A stretch of DNA of 64,000 nt, taken from Sphagnum compactum. Its lineage: Eukaryota. Positions 24,328 through 38,028 of this stretch are shown one piece after another. Both the position numbers and the translations under genes were made by a program. The DNA is taken from contig OZ234493.1 of assembly GCA_965153455.1 (NCBI GenBank), positions 20,450,213 through 20,514,212 of the forward strand. Reading direction: 5' to 3'. Position 1 is the first letter of the stretch. Each line of letters opens with the position of its first letter. A model generated the notes under the pieces. That model was not told the DNA's origin. It saw nothing but the letters and a program-made list of their open reading frames with translations, and made no database searches.

Positions 24328-25591
24328 CACTACTAAAATTCCTTTTTCAAACTATTTAAGTTGATTGACTAATCATTTTTTATTAATGGACATATAAATT
24401 TTGATTAAAGGCATGAGGCCTGTATTTGTTAACCAATCAATTTGACTAAAGTGGCCTATTTAAAAAATACATCCAGTTAAGTTGAACAACTTTAATCAAA
24501 ATGATCAGTGGGTTTTAGTCAAGTGGGACATAAAAATTGACATCATTAGTCAAAATGACTAATGAATTTTAATTAAGTCAAATATTTAGTCAAGTTGAAT
24601 AGAAGAAATTGACATCATTAATCAAATGACCAATGTTCTCTGGTCAAATGGGACATCTTATGTTAGGTAATAGGCTAGCCCATCAAACATAAATATTATG
24701 TACTTACCTCCTATTTCCCACCTACATACCTATTAACACACCCACTTACATACATACTATTACCTACCTACCTAACCACCCACCCACCTACCTACCCACC
24801 TACCTACATATTCTTATGTACTTACCTACCTAGCCATCAACCCACCTACTTATATGCTACCCATCGGCCTACTTACCCACTGGCCTACCCATCACTCACC
24901 CACCCACCTATCTACATCCCACGTACCCACCCACCCACTCATAGACCTACCTACCAGCCTACCCACCCACCCACCTATCCTACAACATACCTACCTATCA
25001 TGCACCTCACAGTCTTGTAGTGATGTGTTGAAATAAACATGTGAAATAAAAAACTTGACAAAAGTTGAACACCTTTTGATGGTGTGGTCCATTGGTTAAG
25101 GACTTGGTTTAATTATCATTGAGTAGGTTAAAGGTTCAATTATTAATACTTGTAACCTATGTGCACATGCTTAGAGGGCAAAAGTAAGTAGGTTAGGCTA
25201 AGTAAATTAAATAGGTTATATTAGGTTAGGTTAAGGTAGGTGAGGTAAGGTATAATAAGGTAGGTTACCACCCACCTACCTACCTACCTACCACAAAATA
25301 ATTGATAATAATTTTTTAAATAAATTATTTAAATATGGGCATAAATTGACTAGTCAAATCGTCCACTATTTGCCAGTCAAAATTACCAATCAAATGGTCC
25401 ATTATTCATTAATCAAAATGACAAGTCAATTGGTCCATTACTTTGCTAGCCAAAAAGACCACCCCAATCACAAAAAACATGTCAAATCAACTTGTCCAAA
25501 ATGATGGAATGGTTTTTTTTACACTTGTCCAAATTGGGTGTTGTTTTTACTAGATTTGTTGATAAAAAAAACCCATGATTTTCTAATAGTG
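24328..25591. mobile_element. Non-autonomous CACTA element (1,264 bp)
   Basis: CACTACTAAAATT...TTTTCTAATAGTG ends. Flanks are ATT and AAT (imperfect 3-bp TSD). It splits a GG(C/T)TATT array that continues on both sides. Confidence 0.75.
24703..25000. repeat. (CCTA/CCCA)n degenerate microsatellite, with an inverse (TAGG) tract at ~25185-25267
   Basis: Read directly from the sequence. Confidence 0.9.
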
Positions 25592-26614
25592 AATTTACCT
25601 TAGGTTATTTTCAAATATTTTAGGCTATTTAAAAATTTTCTACCTTAGGCTATTTTAGGCTATTTCAACTTAAATTATTATAGCTTATTTTGGGTTATTC
25701 AAAACTATTCTACATTTAATTATTTGAGGTTATTAAATATCACAAGTTATTATAACCTAATTTAGGCTATTATAAGTTATCTAAAGGGGTGGTTACACAT
25801 TATGGTGTACATGAAATCTTGTCACAATTTGTAATTTTCATTGCATTGAAAAATTGATGTGGCATATTACACAATTGGAAATGGTTTAATGATGAAAATG
25901 TGTAATCAATGGTGATTCACATTTTAGTCTATTGAAATGTTGGGAATTTTTTGCCAAACAAACAAATTTAATCTCAAATTGGAATATTTTTTTGTGACAT
26001 AAGTTTTTTCGCAATACAATAGATTTCAACAAAAGGACTACAAAATAAAACTCTTAATTGGAGTTTCCAATGAAAATTTTCATGTACAACTATTGAAACA
26101 TAATAAATCATCTTTTAAAACTATTGACACAATTCTTTACATTTTTTTTCATGTTCCAACATTGACACATGTAACCTTCAACTTCAAGAGTACATTTAGG
26201 TGATATAGAAACTTTTTTTTGCAAAAAATATTCTTAGAAGTCATACTTTTATTCAAATTATAATTGGGCAAGGTGTTGACTTTATTTATTCACAAAATTG
26301 AAATAGTTTTTGAATTAGTAAAAAATGTTGTATTGTTTTTAGATGAGGTGTTTAAAACAAGTTTTATATTGTGATTAATGTGAGTTTAATTTTTTTTATA
26401 AATGAAGCAATTTGATACAATTCATTATTGTGTTAACCTATTTTATTTCCAAAACCTAATTCAATTAAACATAATTTTTAGAAAATTTCAAAATAATTGA
26501 GTTTTAAATTTTAATATATTTAATGTTTTATGTAAATCCAAGTTTGATTCCTTTTGTGTAGATCATAGAGTGTAACTACCCAAAGCTATTCAATTCCTAT
26601 ATTTGTTTACTTAA

Positions 26615-26880
26615 GGTGAATTTAGGAAATTATAGTTAATTTACCTTAACCTATTAATAATCTAGGATAACTTATAATATTTTTAGAATAACCTAAGGTG
26701 GAATAACCTAAAATAACTTAAAATAACCGAAGATAGCTTGGGGTAGAATAACTTAAAATAGGTTTAAAAAATAGTTTTTCAAATAACTTGAATAGCCTAG
26801 GGTAAAACAATGTAAAATAACCTAGGGTAAATAATTTACAATAACCATAAAGCTTAAACTTTAAGTACATAGCCTAGGCC
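26615..26880. repeat. AATA(A/G)CCT array, reverse complement of the GG(C/T)TATT arrays at 24105-24327 and 25592-25780
   Basis: Repeated AATAACCTAAGG/AATAGCCTAGG on one side and CCTTAGGCTATT on the other. Confidence 0.7.
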
Positions 26881-29800
26881 TAACAAATAGGTTAGTTAGC
26901 CAAATCAATGGATGATTTGATTAAACCTTTATTGTTCAGTATGGTCTCTTTGACTAATAAATGATTATACTAAAGGACCTTTTTTTGTTTTTCCCTTTTA
27001 ATAAAAATAACCAACTATAAGAATCATGTGTCTTTTATGCCCCATGCTTTAATCAAAGTGGACATCCCTTTAGTCAATCTAAACATTTTGGTCATGCTGA
27101 ACCTTCTAAAAAGTCGTCATTTCTTATAGTGTATTGTAATTTATCATGTTGTCTCCCCTTCCTTTGTTCAAATTATCAAACATGACCTTTGAATCTATTA
27201 ACCTTTTGACTCATACTCATTTTTCTTCTTGTTCTTACTAACAACATTGTTTCAATAAGGGAAGGAAGGAAAAACTTTCTTGATTCAATTCTTGAAAGGT
27301 TGGTATTGATCTAGATGACCTTTGTGTTTCATCATATAGTTATCACAATTTAGGACCATCCCTCTTTTCATCACAAAACGTTAACATATTGTAAGGCATC
27401 CATTTTTTGAAGAGAACACTGATAAGTAATTGAGTTTTTAACTCCTCAATGAAACTTGTGTGCATATTGTTCAATGCAACCAACCTTGTTATGTGCGTAA
27501 GAATCAACAAACATACCAACATTGGTAACCATTTTCTATATTTTGTTAAATTTGAAGTCTTTATGTTTAACATTCCTCTTTCCAATGATTAGATTTGTGT
27601 CCCATTCTGAACTATTCAATTTATTTTTTTGCAAATGAAAAAATAGTTTTAAAAATTACATTTACAAATAATTCCAACACTTTGGACCATTACATTGTTT
27701 AGGACTGTTGTAATAATCTTGCTAGGTCCATCCAAATTGGATGTTCTACCTAATTAAATCTTCAACTTGTTCAATGGAAATTACATCCACAAGATTTGAG
27801 TATGATTCTAGTCATTAGGAGTACATTTTCTGCTTATTAGATTATTTTCAATCTAATCTAGAATTCATTAAACACAATTTCAATCACTATGTTTGTGGTT
27901 GATGACCTCGTGTTGTTTATAAATGCATCATTCACCATGTACCATCTTTCTCTCGATTGATTCCTTGGAAAAATTACTCTCAAAATGAGTCAAAAGATTG
28001 GGAAACTTGATTACCCTCATTGCCTGGTCCATAGTCAATGCCTCCATGGATGGATTTTCCTTAACAATCCTATATGCTCCCATAGTATATTTATCATCAT
28101 AATATTTATCATTCAAAGGTTAGTTTGTATTAAAGTGTGAAGAATGCAAAAATCCAAATCATATTCAAAATCTTTAACCTAACCCATTTTTCATGAAACT
28201 TAAAACAAAGTGATAAATATAATGTATGCGAGATTCCCTAACATGGTTGCCAAATGTTAGCTATCTCTTTTTATAGGTCATTTTATCTTTTTAAAACAAA
28301 TATTAAGTTTTTTTTCCCTACATATTTTTAAGTACCATGCATGTATTTGATGACCAAAACTATGTGTCCATTTGCACTATATTACAATCACCCAAACTGG
28401 CCTATGACACATTGCTATAATGCACTTATTCCTACCAACATCTCTTGTGCAATCTATTCAAATTATTTGTAGGCATCACGTTCAAGCAATTTTCACTTAG
28501 TTCTTTTGACATAGTCTTTCATAATAATTTTTTCTATGAGCATTCAACATGACTGTAAATATCTAACCCAGATTTCTTTAGCACACATGTCATTGCCTAA
28601 CTCACAATTATATATACAACTTAAAAAATAAAGGTCTTCCCTTTTCCATTACACATTTTCCTTAGGACAAAAATGGTGGTTTGCTTTTTACAAACTCAAA
28701 ATCGTGAACTTGCTTTAGGTCTTTTTCCCACCTCTTATAGTTTGGCCAATAATTATATTTCTCTAACTACCTTTAACCACTTTTCTAACTATTTCTTGTA
28801 GTTCTTCGTACCATTGTTGACTTGGCTAATTATTAACATATAAAGATGCCTTATGTTATTCGACACATGTTTCTTTTGTCTGCAAGTCGACTTGTACCTA
28901 TTGGCTTATATATTAATGGCTTGTTGTTTGCCAATTGTCCATTGTGACCTAATTTTCTATCCTTTTATTAATATTGGTTACACTAGGCCTAACTATCATA
29001 TACATTATTCGCACTAGGTAATTTTTCATTACCTAACATGTCTTCCAACTAACACTTGGTTTTTCAACATTTGTTACGAATGGGACAATTTCATGCTTCA
29101 CATCCATCATGATGATCATAAATTTGACTTGTTTTCTTCTCTTAAAATTTTTGAACATTTCAATTAACAACTTCCAATTTGTCAAAATCTTCATTTTGAG
29201 TTGTTACCCTTTATACATCAACAATATCTACAACCAGGGTAGGTACATAGTTGAGTGTCTCATTATTGTGACGAAACATTGTTTTTTCTTGGGTACCCTT
29301 TATTCAAATGCATATGGTGATTAATATATCCTTATATTTATTAATTGGGACTTGGATTTAGACCAAAAATTTCATTATGAAAAGAACTATGTGATTATTT
29401 ATTGATAAAAAATTCATTTATTAGTAGTAATGGACTTTTGAAATTGAAAAATATGGAATGGCCGTCTAACTAGACCATCACAAAATGGAATGATTTATAT
29501 TGATTCACATTTCAAATTTGTTATGGGGACTCAATAAATGATGTAATACAAGATGATAAATTCATATGAGGAATTTTTTTTTTGAAAACCTTAACCATTT
29601 GATAATTGGGGACTTTTGAATGATTAAATTTTACCATATTTTCATAAGTCCATACGAGTTGCAATTTTTGTTTGTTTTTCAAAGTTTTGTTCCAAAAACA
29701 TATGTCTTGAAAGTTTTAAATGGGGCATTATTCCTAAAAACTTTGTGGGTTTTCCTTTTAGGACTTCCAAATTCAAAAATGACATTAGTTACTTTTATAC

Positions 29801-32800
29801 AAGTTCTCACATAGATTTGAGAAGGTTTGTAAGTGATTGAACATGTGTTATTCAAAGATTAGAATAGTAACATTTAAAAAAGTAAAAATCATGTCCATTT
29901 GAATCATTTAAAAACATCTTGCATGGACTTATAGGGAGTGCAATTTCTGCCAATATTGAGACATTCAATCGTGCATTCACCCACCATGGGATTAGTGACC
30001 TACACCCTTAACCTTTCTTTCATTAACATGCTTTTTATTTTTTCCTTCCAAATTTTATACCGTAGTACCTTTATCATTCCAACAATAAACTACCAAATAA
30101 TTAATTAAATTTTAAATCTTAATTTCAGCATTTGGTTTTTTAATTTTGAAATTTTCGATAGGTAATGGTTATACAAAATAGTGAATAGGCTCTTATTAGT
30201 GTTATGGATTAGTCTAGTGTGTCTAAATTGCTTTAGTTTTAAGTCACTGTCCTTGAAGATTTACAGTTCAAACATGACAATGGAAATTTTTATTTCATTA
30301 AAATTTCGACACAAATAATATATATTTTTTCAAAAGTTCGACAAAATGAAAAATAGTTTAATTTATCCGAAAATGGTAGAGGTACTATGGTAGTTTACAA
30401 ATCCTTTGAACTTGTTTGCTTGAAACATTGTGAAGTTCCCTTCTTCCTTCATGTTGCAAGTGAATTGTGTGGTTACACCTGCAATCATGGTCCAAATTCA
30501 ATCATATTTAACAATATTCACCAAAGTTTCTATCATGGTTTTATTTCATTCAAATTTGGCACTATTTGCCAAAGGTTTGTTCAATGATTTTCTTTAAGAC
30601 TTGACATTATTTACCAACAAAATTGTAAATGACTTATCTCATAAAATTTCTCTTTCTTATTTTTCATTTTCATACCATAACTTTAGAAAGAAATGAAGAC
30701 TTGAGATCAAGTAATTTTATCGATTTATAGTGAAAAAAGAGAAAATAATAATAAATATATAGGTTGTTTAATGATGGCATGGCAAAAATTAATTCCAAAT
30801 CATTGCAACTGTATATCTAACCAATAATCACCACATTGGTGATTTAATTTACAATCTTTGTCATCATCACCACTTTCTACATCTATCTAATTTTGATATG
30901 GAGTCACCATAAAACTAATTATTACTCGACTTGATATTATTACTACATGGGGCCCTTTGGGATTGTACCAAAAGGGAATGACCAACTTTTAAAAGACTCC
31001 AAAGTCTAACTTTGGATTTTTGTTCGATGTACATTATTATAATTGTAGTGGATTGTTGTATGCTAATAAATAAAATGATGTCATGTTAGAATTAAAAAAA
31101 TATTCTTAAAAAATTAAATATTATGTAAATGCCATTTAAAATTTTAAAACTAATTATATTAAGTGTCCCAATTACATATTTTTATGAAAATGTAATGAAA
31201 AAAATGCATAAAATCATACAATTGATTTCAAAAGTTTTGTACAAGAAAAGCATGTTCCCTTTTATTTACATGTTCATTGAGCGAACTTGATGAAAAATCA
31301 AATCATATGAAAATTTCAAAATCTTGAAATTCTAAAGAAAAAGGTTACAAGGGAAAGAATATTTGTAAACCATTTGGCAAGATGTTTATATTCACCAAGC
31401 TCAAAAGTTTTAGCTCTAGGCATAGGTCACATGTATAAGAAATAATCTTATCACACAAACATGTTTGGTTATCCATAGAAACTCAAATCAATGTTTTTTG
31501 CATTTATGCTTGTAGACCAAAATATTGATGCACAATTATGTACACATGTGAAAAATCATCACCATCATATGAATTATCTTATCTTACATTTTCTTACTTA
31601 ATTTTTTTGTATAAATATTATTTATAGAAAATTCCTTAAAATAGTCATGAAGTCCTTTTTGTTTTTATTGGAACCCCAATTGTGAATGGATTTGCAAAAC
31701 TTACATTCGACAGTTAATTTATTTGTTATAAGCAAGGAACACTAATAATTTTATCGGTCATTGTTTTTGCATGGAATCAAGTGAACTAAATTGATTTTGC
31801 ATATGGTTGAAGGAGTTGCATTTTCTTACTACAACCATGTAATTGCATCAAACTTTGCTATGCCAATTATGAAATAACCAACCTTTCACAAATACTTTCC
31901 TCTATGCTTTCAATTTCCAATAAGTTGATGTTAGTGTGCATTCAAGCCCTTTACTTTGTTATTTTATTCTAAGAAAACCATGAAAACCAAATCCTACATG
32001 ATTTTAAAACATTCAATAACATGATTAGAAAAATCAAAATTTCAAAATTTCTCGAAATCAAACCTAAATTAAATGTGTTGTATGTGAAATACTTTGGCAA
32101 AAAAACTTGATTGCTGTGAGGTGGTGTGTGATGTCAAAGACAATAACAACCGAACTTTTAACCCCTACAACCACAAGTAAGGTGCAATTAACTTAACAAC
32201 CTCACAAATTTGACAAGACACAATTTCAAAAAAGGTTGGAGGTAATGAACATTGGACCACGTGTCGATGAGCATGTTGTTTCACCATTCAAGGTGTTTAA
32301 CGATGGGCAAATGTGTGACGTTGGATGCGTTTAATGCAAAGGGGCCACATTCAACATTGGTATGGTTTGGGTTATTTTATTGTTAACAATATCTATTTCC
32401 TTTTTAGTAGCTTTTGTCTAAATTATCGAATAATTAGAACCAACATTTCCTACTTTTGGAAACTTCTAGAATCTCCACTTATGGAGTATCAATAAATTTT
32501 TGCTAGTGATGGAGGTTTATCTATTATAGCTTGTTGGGTAGCTTGTTATGCACTAGATACAATCCCCAAACATGGGGGGAAGAATTGGTTAACAAGTTGA
32601 GAGCTTAGAATCTATGCTTCTATTCATTCTCGTGACAACCATTTGTCATAGAATTGCTTTTGACAATTGAGTTTGAGTCAACCCCAAATTTTTGGAATGG
32701 ACAAGGTGAGGGATTGGACACTAGTTATAAAGAATCTCCTACGACTCCAAGATGTATGGAGAAGATATCCAATGTAAAAATCCCCATTGCTAACATGACA

Positions 32801-33446
32801 TAACACCTAATATACCTAATATATAAATAAATATTTACCTTGTGAAAAGGGGAATCTCCCAACCCATAACAACACCTCAACCCAATTTTTTAAAAGAAAA
32901 ATCAATAAATAATACATAAATAAATAATAAAATATTAAAAGTATATTTTTATGTTCTCTAGTACAATAACATAATACTTCTTTGCCATACGGTATGTACT
33001 AGGGCCCAAGTAATCCCTCCATGCATGGAAGCTACAGAAAAAAGATCTTTTTTTTCCTTTGGCTTCTTGAATATATCTATCTCCTCCTCCCTTCCATGTG
33101 GAGAATTTGGGTGTCCCTCAAACAAACAACAAACGAATGAATCCTTGAAAGGTGCATTTATTCTTGGGTTTGCATTTACCACTTTACGTAACCCCACAAA
33201 GAAGAAGTCTAGAACGATTTCCACTTCCGAGATGCCAAGCCCCTTCCCTCCAGAGTTTGAGGGCGGGGTATCTTGCGGTGAACGTTTCCAGGGACATATG
33301 GGTCTGTTTCCTTTTGCATAAAAAAAATCTACGAATCACCCCCTTCAAACTTCAATATACTCTCCAAACAAAGTGCAAAAAGTCAGATACACATATAAAA
33401 AAATTATGGAGTGCTATGGATGTTACTAAACCATATACTCCAAAGA

Positions 33447-34020
33447 TCTATCCATGAAGGAAGGTAGTTTGTCTTGTTTTGTTTTGTAGATATGAGATCC
33501 ACTGAACCAGGATGCTTCAGATTGTGTTCTTGGTCTCTTTGGAAAGCTCTTGACGAGGAGGGGTGCATGGGCTTGGTTCCATGATGTTTGGACTTGCGAT
33601 GCAAAAATTCTTGAATATTGAATGATTTCTTCACTGACAATTAAATTAAACTAAATTGTAGCTGAAAATTTTGGAGGAATTGGAATGTGTCTTTGATGTT
33701 GTTGGAAAGATCTTGATGAGCAGGATTCAATGGAATTTATTTGGTAAGATTTGGATTCAGACTGTGGGAGATTAATTGATTCTTAACTGATTTCTGCTGC
33801 TGAAAATTCAAATAAATTCCAAAAAACCAGGGTTTGGAAAGAAAAATCAGTTGAGGATGTGGTAACACTTGAAGGCTTATCATTCAATTCAAACATGATT
33901 TCTTTTCATATTTTGGCTGTTCAAAATATGGATACATACATTGCAAAACAATGTTCACATGTTGAGTTTCCCTATTTTGTAATGGGTCCACACTTGGGCC
34001 AATGAAACAGGCCACACTAG
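33447..34020 (+). mobile_element. Non-autonomous Helitron-like element (574 bp)
   Basis: A|TCTATCC ... GGCCAATGAAACAGGCCACACTAG|T. It has a 5' TC, a 3' CTAG, an A/T insertion site and no TSD. The subterminal hairpin is weak. Confidence 0.6.
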
Positions 34021-35669
34021 TCCAAAGTAAGTTAAAGGGCAATTAGCAAAGTCCACAAAATTTTAAGTGATAGGAAAGGGGACTATGGGGTTACTTATTA
34101 ACTTTGTTTCATATTAATTAGTTGGGGTGGCTCAAAAGTCCAACTGTTTTTTTTTTTTTTTTGGCAATGAGCCAATTTGATTGGCCCATTGCAGAAACAA
34201 GTTGAAACTACAGAGGCTCCCCTGAAATAGAAGATTCTACTGAAAGATGTAGGGCCTCCTCCTTTGGCCCTGTTATATAGGTGAGAAGGGGAGGAGTTTG
34301 GGCAAAACATATGGGATTAAAGCAAGGTGCTACTTGGAACACCCTTGGGTAACACATTGGGAACTTAGGAACCCATTGGGAACTTGAAGGGAACATAGAG
34401 GGAACAACGGAAAAATAAATAAAATCCTCCCCCCACCCCCTCCACCTGAAACTTAAAAGAAAAAAAATCAAGGCACCTTGAGTGCATGCTTCAGCCTACC
34501 CATCATCGGCTGCACGTAATTTTTATTTCCAAAACTGTTTGTCTGAACAAGGAAGAAAAACAAAAGAACAAGTCCCCCCACAGAAAGAAAAAAGCAGGGC
34601 CCATCATGAGTGCATGCTGAGCCTTCCCATTGGCTGCATGAAATTTCTATGTTCCAAAACTGTTGGTCACCATTTTGGGCCTGGGCTAATACCCCCATTA
34701 TAAACTGGAGGTACTTTTTGTTTTTTTGTGAACCCTGCAAAACTTTTTTTGTGTACCTTTTTTTTTGTTTTGAATTGGCACAAGAATCAGACCATGGAAT
34801 TGGCCTTTAGTTAGATTCAGAATTGAATCTAGAATCACAAGAAAAAAAAAGAAAAAAAAAAGAAAAAAAACATTCTTTAAACACACACACACACGTTCAG
34901 ATTATTTATATAAAAATATTTATTTAAAAAAGAAAATTGGGTGGGGGAAAAAAAGTTGACAAGTATGCTGAACTTCATGATTAAACAAATTTAATTATCA
35001 AGTTATTAAAAAAATATTTATAATAAATTCTCATTTAAAAATTTTATTAAAAAAAATTCTACCTATACCATCTTTAGTATTAGGAAGTGTAAAATGTGTA
35101 TACATGAAAAAAAAATTTGTGCCAAAACTGCATGCAACCAAAGAAATTAAAATTTGAAAGAAGGGGGGTGTGGGGGGTGCGGGGGTCAAACGTGCATGTG
35201 GAGAACCTTAAAAAAAAAAAAAAAAAACCTTGAAAGTGTCAAAACTGGGACCGGAGGTTCTCTTTAATAAGAAAGAATCTTACGGCACTGAAAAAAACCT
35301 CATCGGAGTCTATTACCCGAGTCTTCTTCGTAACTCAATTGGGCTGTGCAATTATTATACGTCCGCTCTCATTCCCTGTACACCCACCCCTTACAGGCTG
35401 AGGTCTGGTATGGCCTCCCTCATTTGTGGAGAAAACTCAGACCACAAATTCAAACCCTTTATTTAAGGAATGGTATGGCCTCCTCCATTTCCGGCAAAAA
35501 AAAATTCTATTTCCGGAACAATGTATAAATAGACGACTGATAGTTGTGAGCACTACATACAGGGCATTGGTCTTTGTCCAATTGGGTAACAAATTTTAGC
35601 AACTAAAAAAGTGAAACTTTCTGTTGTCAAGTAGCAGTCGAACAAGGGAAAAAAAAATCCAAATACCAT

Positions 35670-37020
35670 GAAGTGGATGAAAGGGGATGAAACGTAGGGT
35701 ATCATGGATGAACAATATAACATGAAGTGGATGAAAATGGATGAAAAGTAGGGTATCATGGATGAAATGGGGATGCCAACATAAGTGGTAATTGCTGTTG
35801 ACTAAGCAGTCCAAAGAGGAAAGGTGAAGGTGGGCGGTCAAAGGGATGAAAGTCTAGTGAAATGGATGGAAAAAGATGAACAAACTTAGATGAAAGTGGA
35901 TGGGAAAAAAAACCAGATGTAACCTGAGGGTTGAAAACCCCGCTGTCAAACTACCTGCTGGCAGTCCAAAGAGTGAAGGGGGTTAGAAACAATGGAGAGA
36001 AGTGGATGAAAAGGATGGAAAAGGACCCTAAAACATGACAGCGTATGGATGCCAAAAGTGTGCTAAAGTGGATGAAAATGGATGAAACTTATGGCCAAAT
36101 TTTTTTGAAACAAAACATGTGGTGAAGTGGATGAAAAGAAAGTCAGATCCAAAATGAGGGTTCGTTAAAATACTCGCGGCAAAAAAAACAAAAATCCAAA
36201 AAGGGAGGAAAAAAAATGGGGTAAGTACAGCCGAAGTGGATGGAAAAGGATTTCAGGATTGAGAATGGATGAAAATAATGAGCATGGATGAAAATTTTGG
36301 AAAATGGATGAAAAATAGACACAACTGAGCTGATTGGATTGAGCATAAAGAAGAATCCGCAAAGAATGCATGAAAAGACTGGAAAATAGATGAAAAGGGT
36401 AGAAGATGGATGAAAGATAGGTAGTAGACACCAAAAAAAATCAACTGATCTGATGGATGAACAGAAGAATCCGCGAAGGATGGATGAAAGAATGGAATAC
36501 GGATGAAAGATAGACCACATAAAAAATCAGCTGAGCTGATTGGATGAGCAGAAGAAGAAGAATCAGCAAAGGATGGATGAAATAATGAAAAAGGATGAAA
36601 AGAATGGGAGGTAGATGAAAGACAGAGACTCATCATCCACTGTATATAGATGGATGAACAGGAGGAGGAGACCACGCCGAGGATGGATGAAAGAATGAAA
36701 AATGGAAGAAATGGAAGGAAGATGGATGAAAGATACACACATAAATCAACTGTACAAATGGATGAACAGAAGGAGAACAACCAGCCAAAGATGGATGAAA
36801 GGGATGGGAGGTAGATGAAAGACAGACACTCATAAATCAACTGTATGGATGAATGAACAGAAGAAGAAGACCAGACCCAATGATGGATGAAAGAATGAAA
36901 ATGGATGAAAGGAAGGAAGATGGATGAAATTTAAATACTCAAAAATCAACTCTGGATGGATGAACAGAAGCAGAAGGAGAAGAACCAGCCAAGGATGGAT
37001 GAAAATATGGATGAAAACAT
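35670..37020. repeat. GGATGAA-rich composite tandem array directly upstream of NLP
   Basis: Dozens of TGGATGAA motifs. A longer unit AAATCAACTG...GGATGAACAGAAG...GGATGGATGAAAG repeats about 5-6 times in 36290-36990. Confidence 0.9.
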
Positions 37021-37723
37021 GGGAAAGAATCAGCAAAAACTCGTCCCTCTCGCTTGGCAGCAGATGCGGCGGTGCTTTTGATCCTCCAAAGGATTCTCTC
37101 CTCCGCGAGCTCTCCTCGGCCACCGTCCTTAAGTCTGTTGTGCACAATCCACACTACTACTTCTACTTCTCTTCTCTTGTATTGCTGCTCACTGGCCCCT
37201 TTAGAATGTCGGTTTCTGTTCCTCCTATTGTCTCTGCAACTCTTCCCTTACACATACCCATTGACCACTGCTACCAGAAGTCTTTGTGCTCTTTGGGGGG
37301 TTTTGCATCCGTGGTGGTTCTTCAACTCAACAAACAACAATAACAACAACAAGATTGTTGTTGGGAATCTCTAAATATGTTGTTGAAGAAGGTGGTGGTG
37401 GTGTTGTGTTTCATGATCATCAGCAGTAGCAGCAGTAGCGTCGGTGCAAGATCAATCTCTTGAACACAAAAGTGTATCTGTAAGGAACGTGGTTTTGGGT
37501 TCAGGCAGACAGCCCCATTCATTCAACTATGTTGTTGAGGTTGTTGGGAATGTGCAGCTTGACAAGGAGGGACGACGACGACGACCTTGGCTTTTGTGGC
37601 GGAGGTTTAGGGTGGAGAAGGAGGAGGAGGTCGTCTAGTCGTGGCACGGGTCATCATCATGTGTCATCATGGTTTTGAGATTGTGCTAATCCTGTAGTCA
37701 GTCAGATAGTTGGCGGCTGATGA

Positions 37724-37975
37724 TGATCCCCAACAGAAGAATCTATTTTGGGTTGTGATCAGATTAGGAGATCCCCAACAGAATCATGGGTTTTGGGTTT
37801 TGAGGAGATTAGGAGATCGCCAGGAGAATCATGGGTTTTGGGTTGTGAGCAGATTAGGAGATCCCAAAGAGAATCATGTGTTTTGGGTTTTGAGGAGATT
37901 AGGACACCCCCAAGAGAATCTGTTTTGGGTTGTGAGGAGGAAATTAGGACATCCCCAAGAGAATCTGTTTTGGGT
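37724..37975 (+). repeat. 45-bp tandem repeat (~6 copies) in the probable NLP 5' leader
   Basis: Unit GGAGATCCCCAAGAGAATCATGGGTTTTGGGTT(G/T)TGAGGAGATTA. Confidence 0.92.
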
Positions 37976-38028
37976 CTCGTTAGAGTAGGAGAATTAGGAG
38001 GATACAATCTGGAGATCCGTGGAGGACA

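Noticed and set aside
27013..27131. 119-bp mini-CACTA (AACTATAAGAA...TTCTTATAGTG)
   Set aside because: The left end is not CACTA and the flanks (ACC/TAT) give no TSD. Only the right end is credible.
32958..33457. Overlapping 88-101 aa ORFs on both strands
   Set aside because: No recognisable domain or splice structure, and they lie among repeats.
36143..37154. Hydrophobic F/I/H/P/S-rich minus-strand ORFs
   Set aside because: They are translations of the TTCATCC repeat array, not real membrane proteins.
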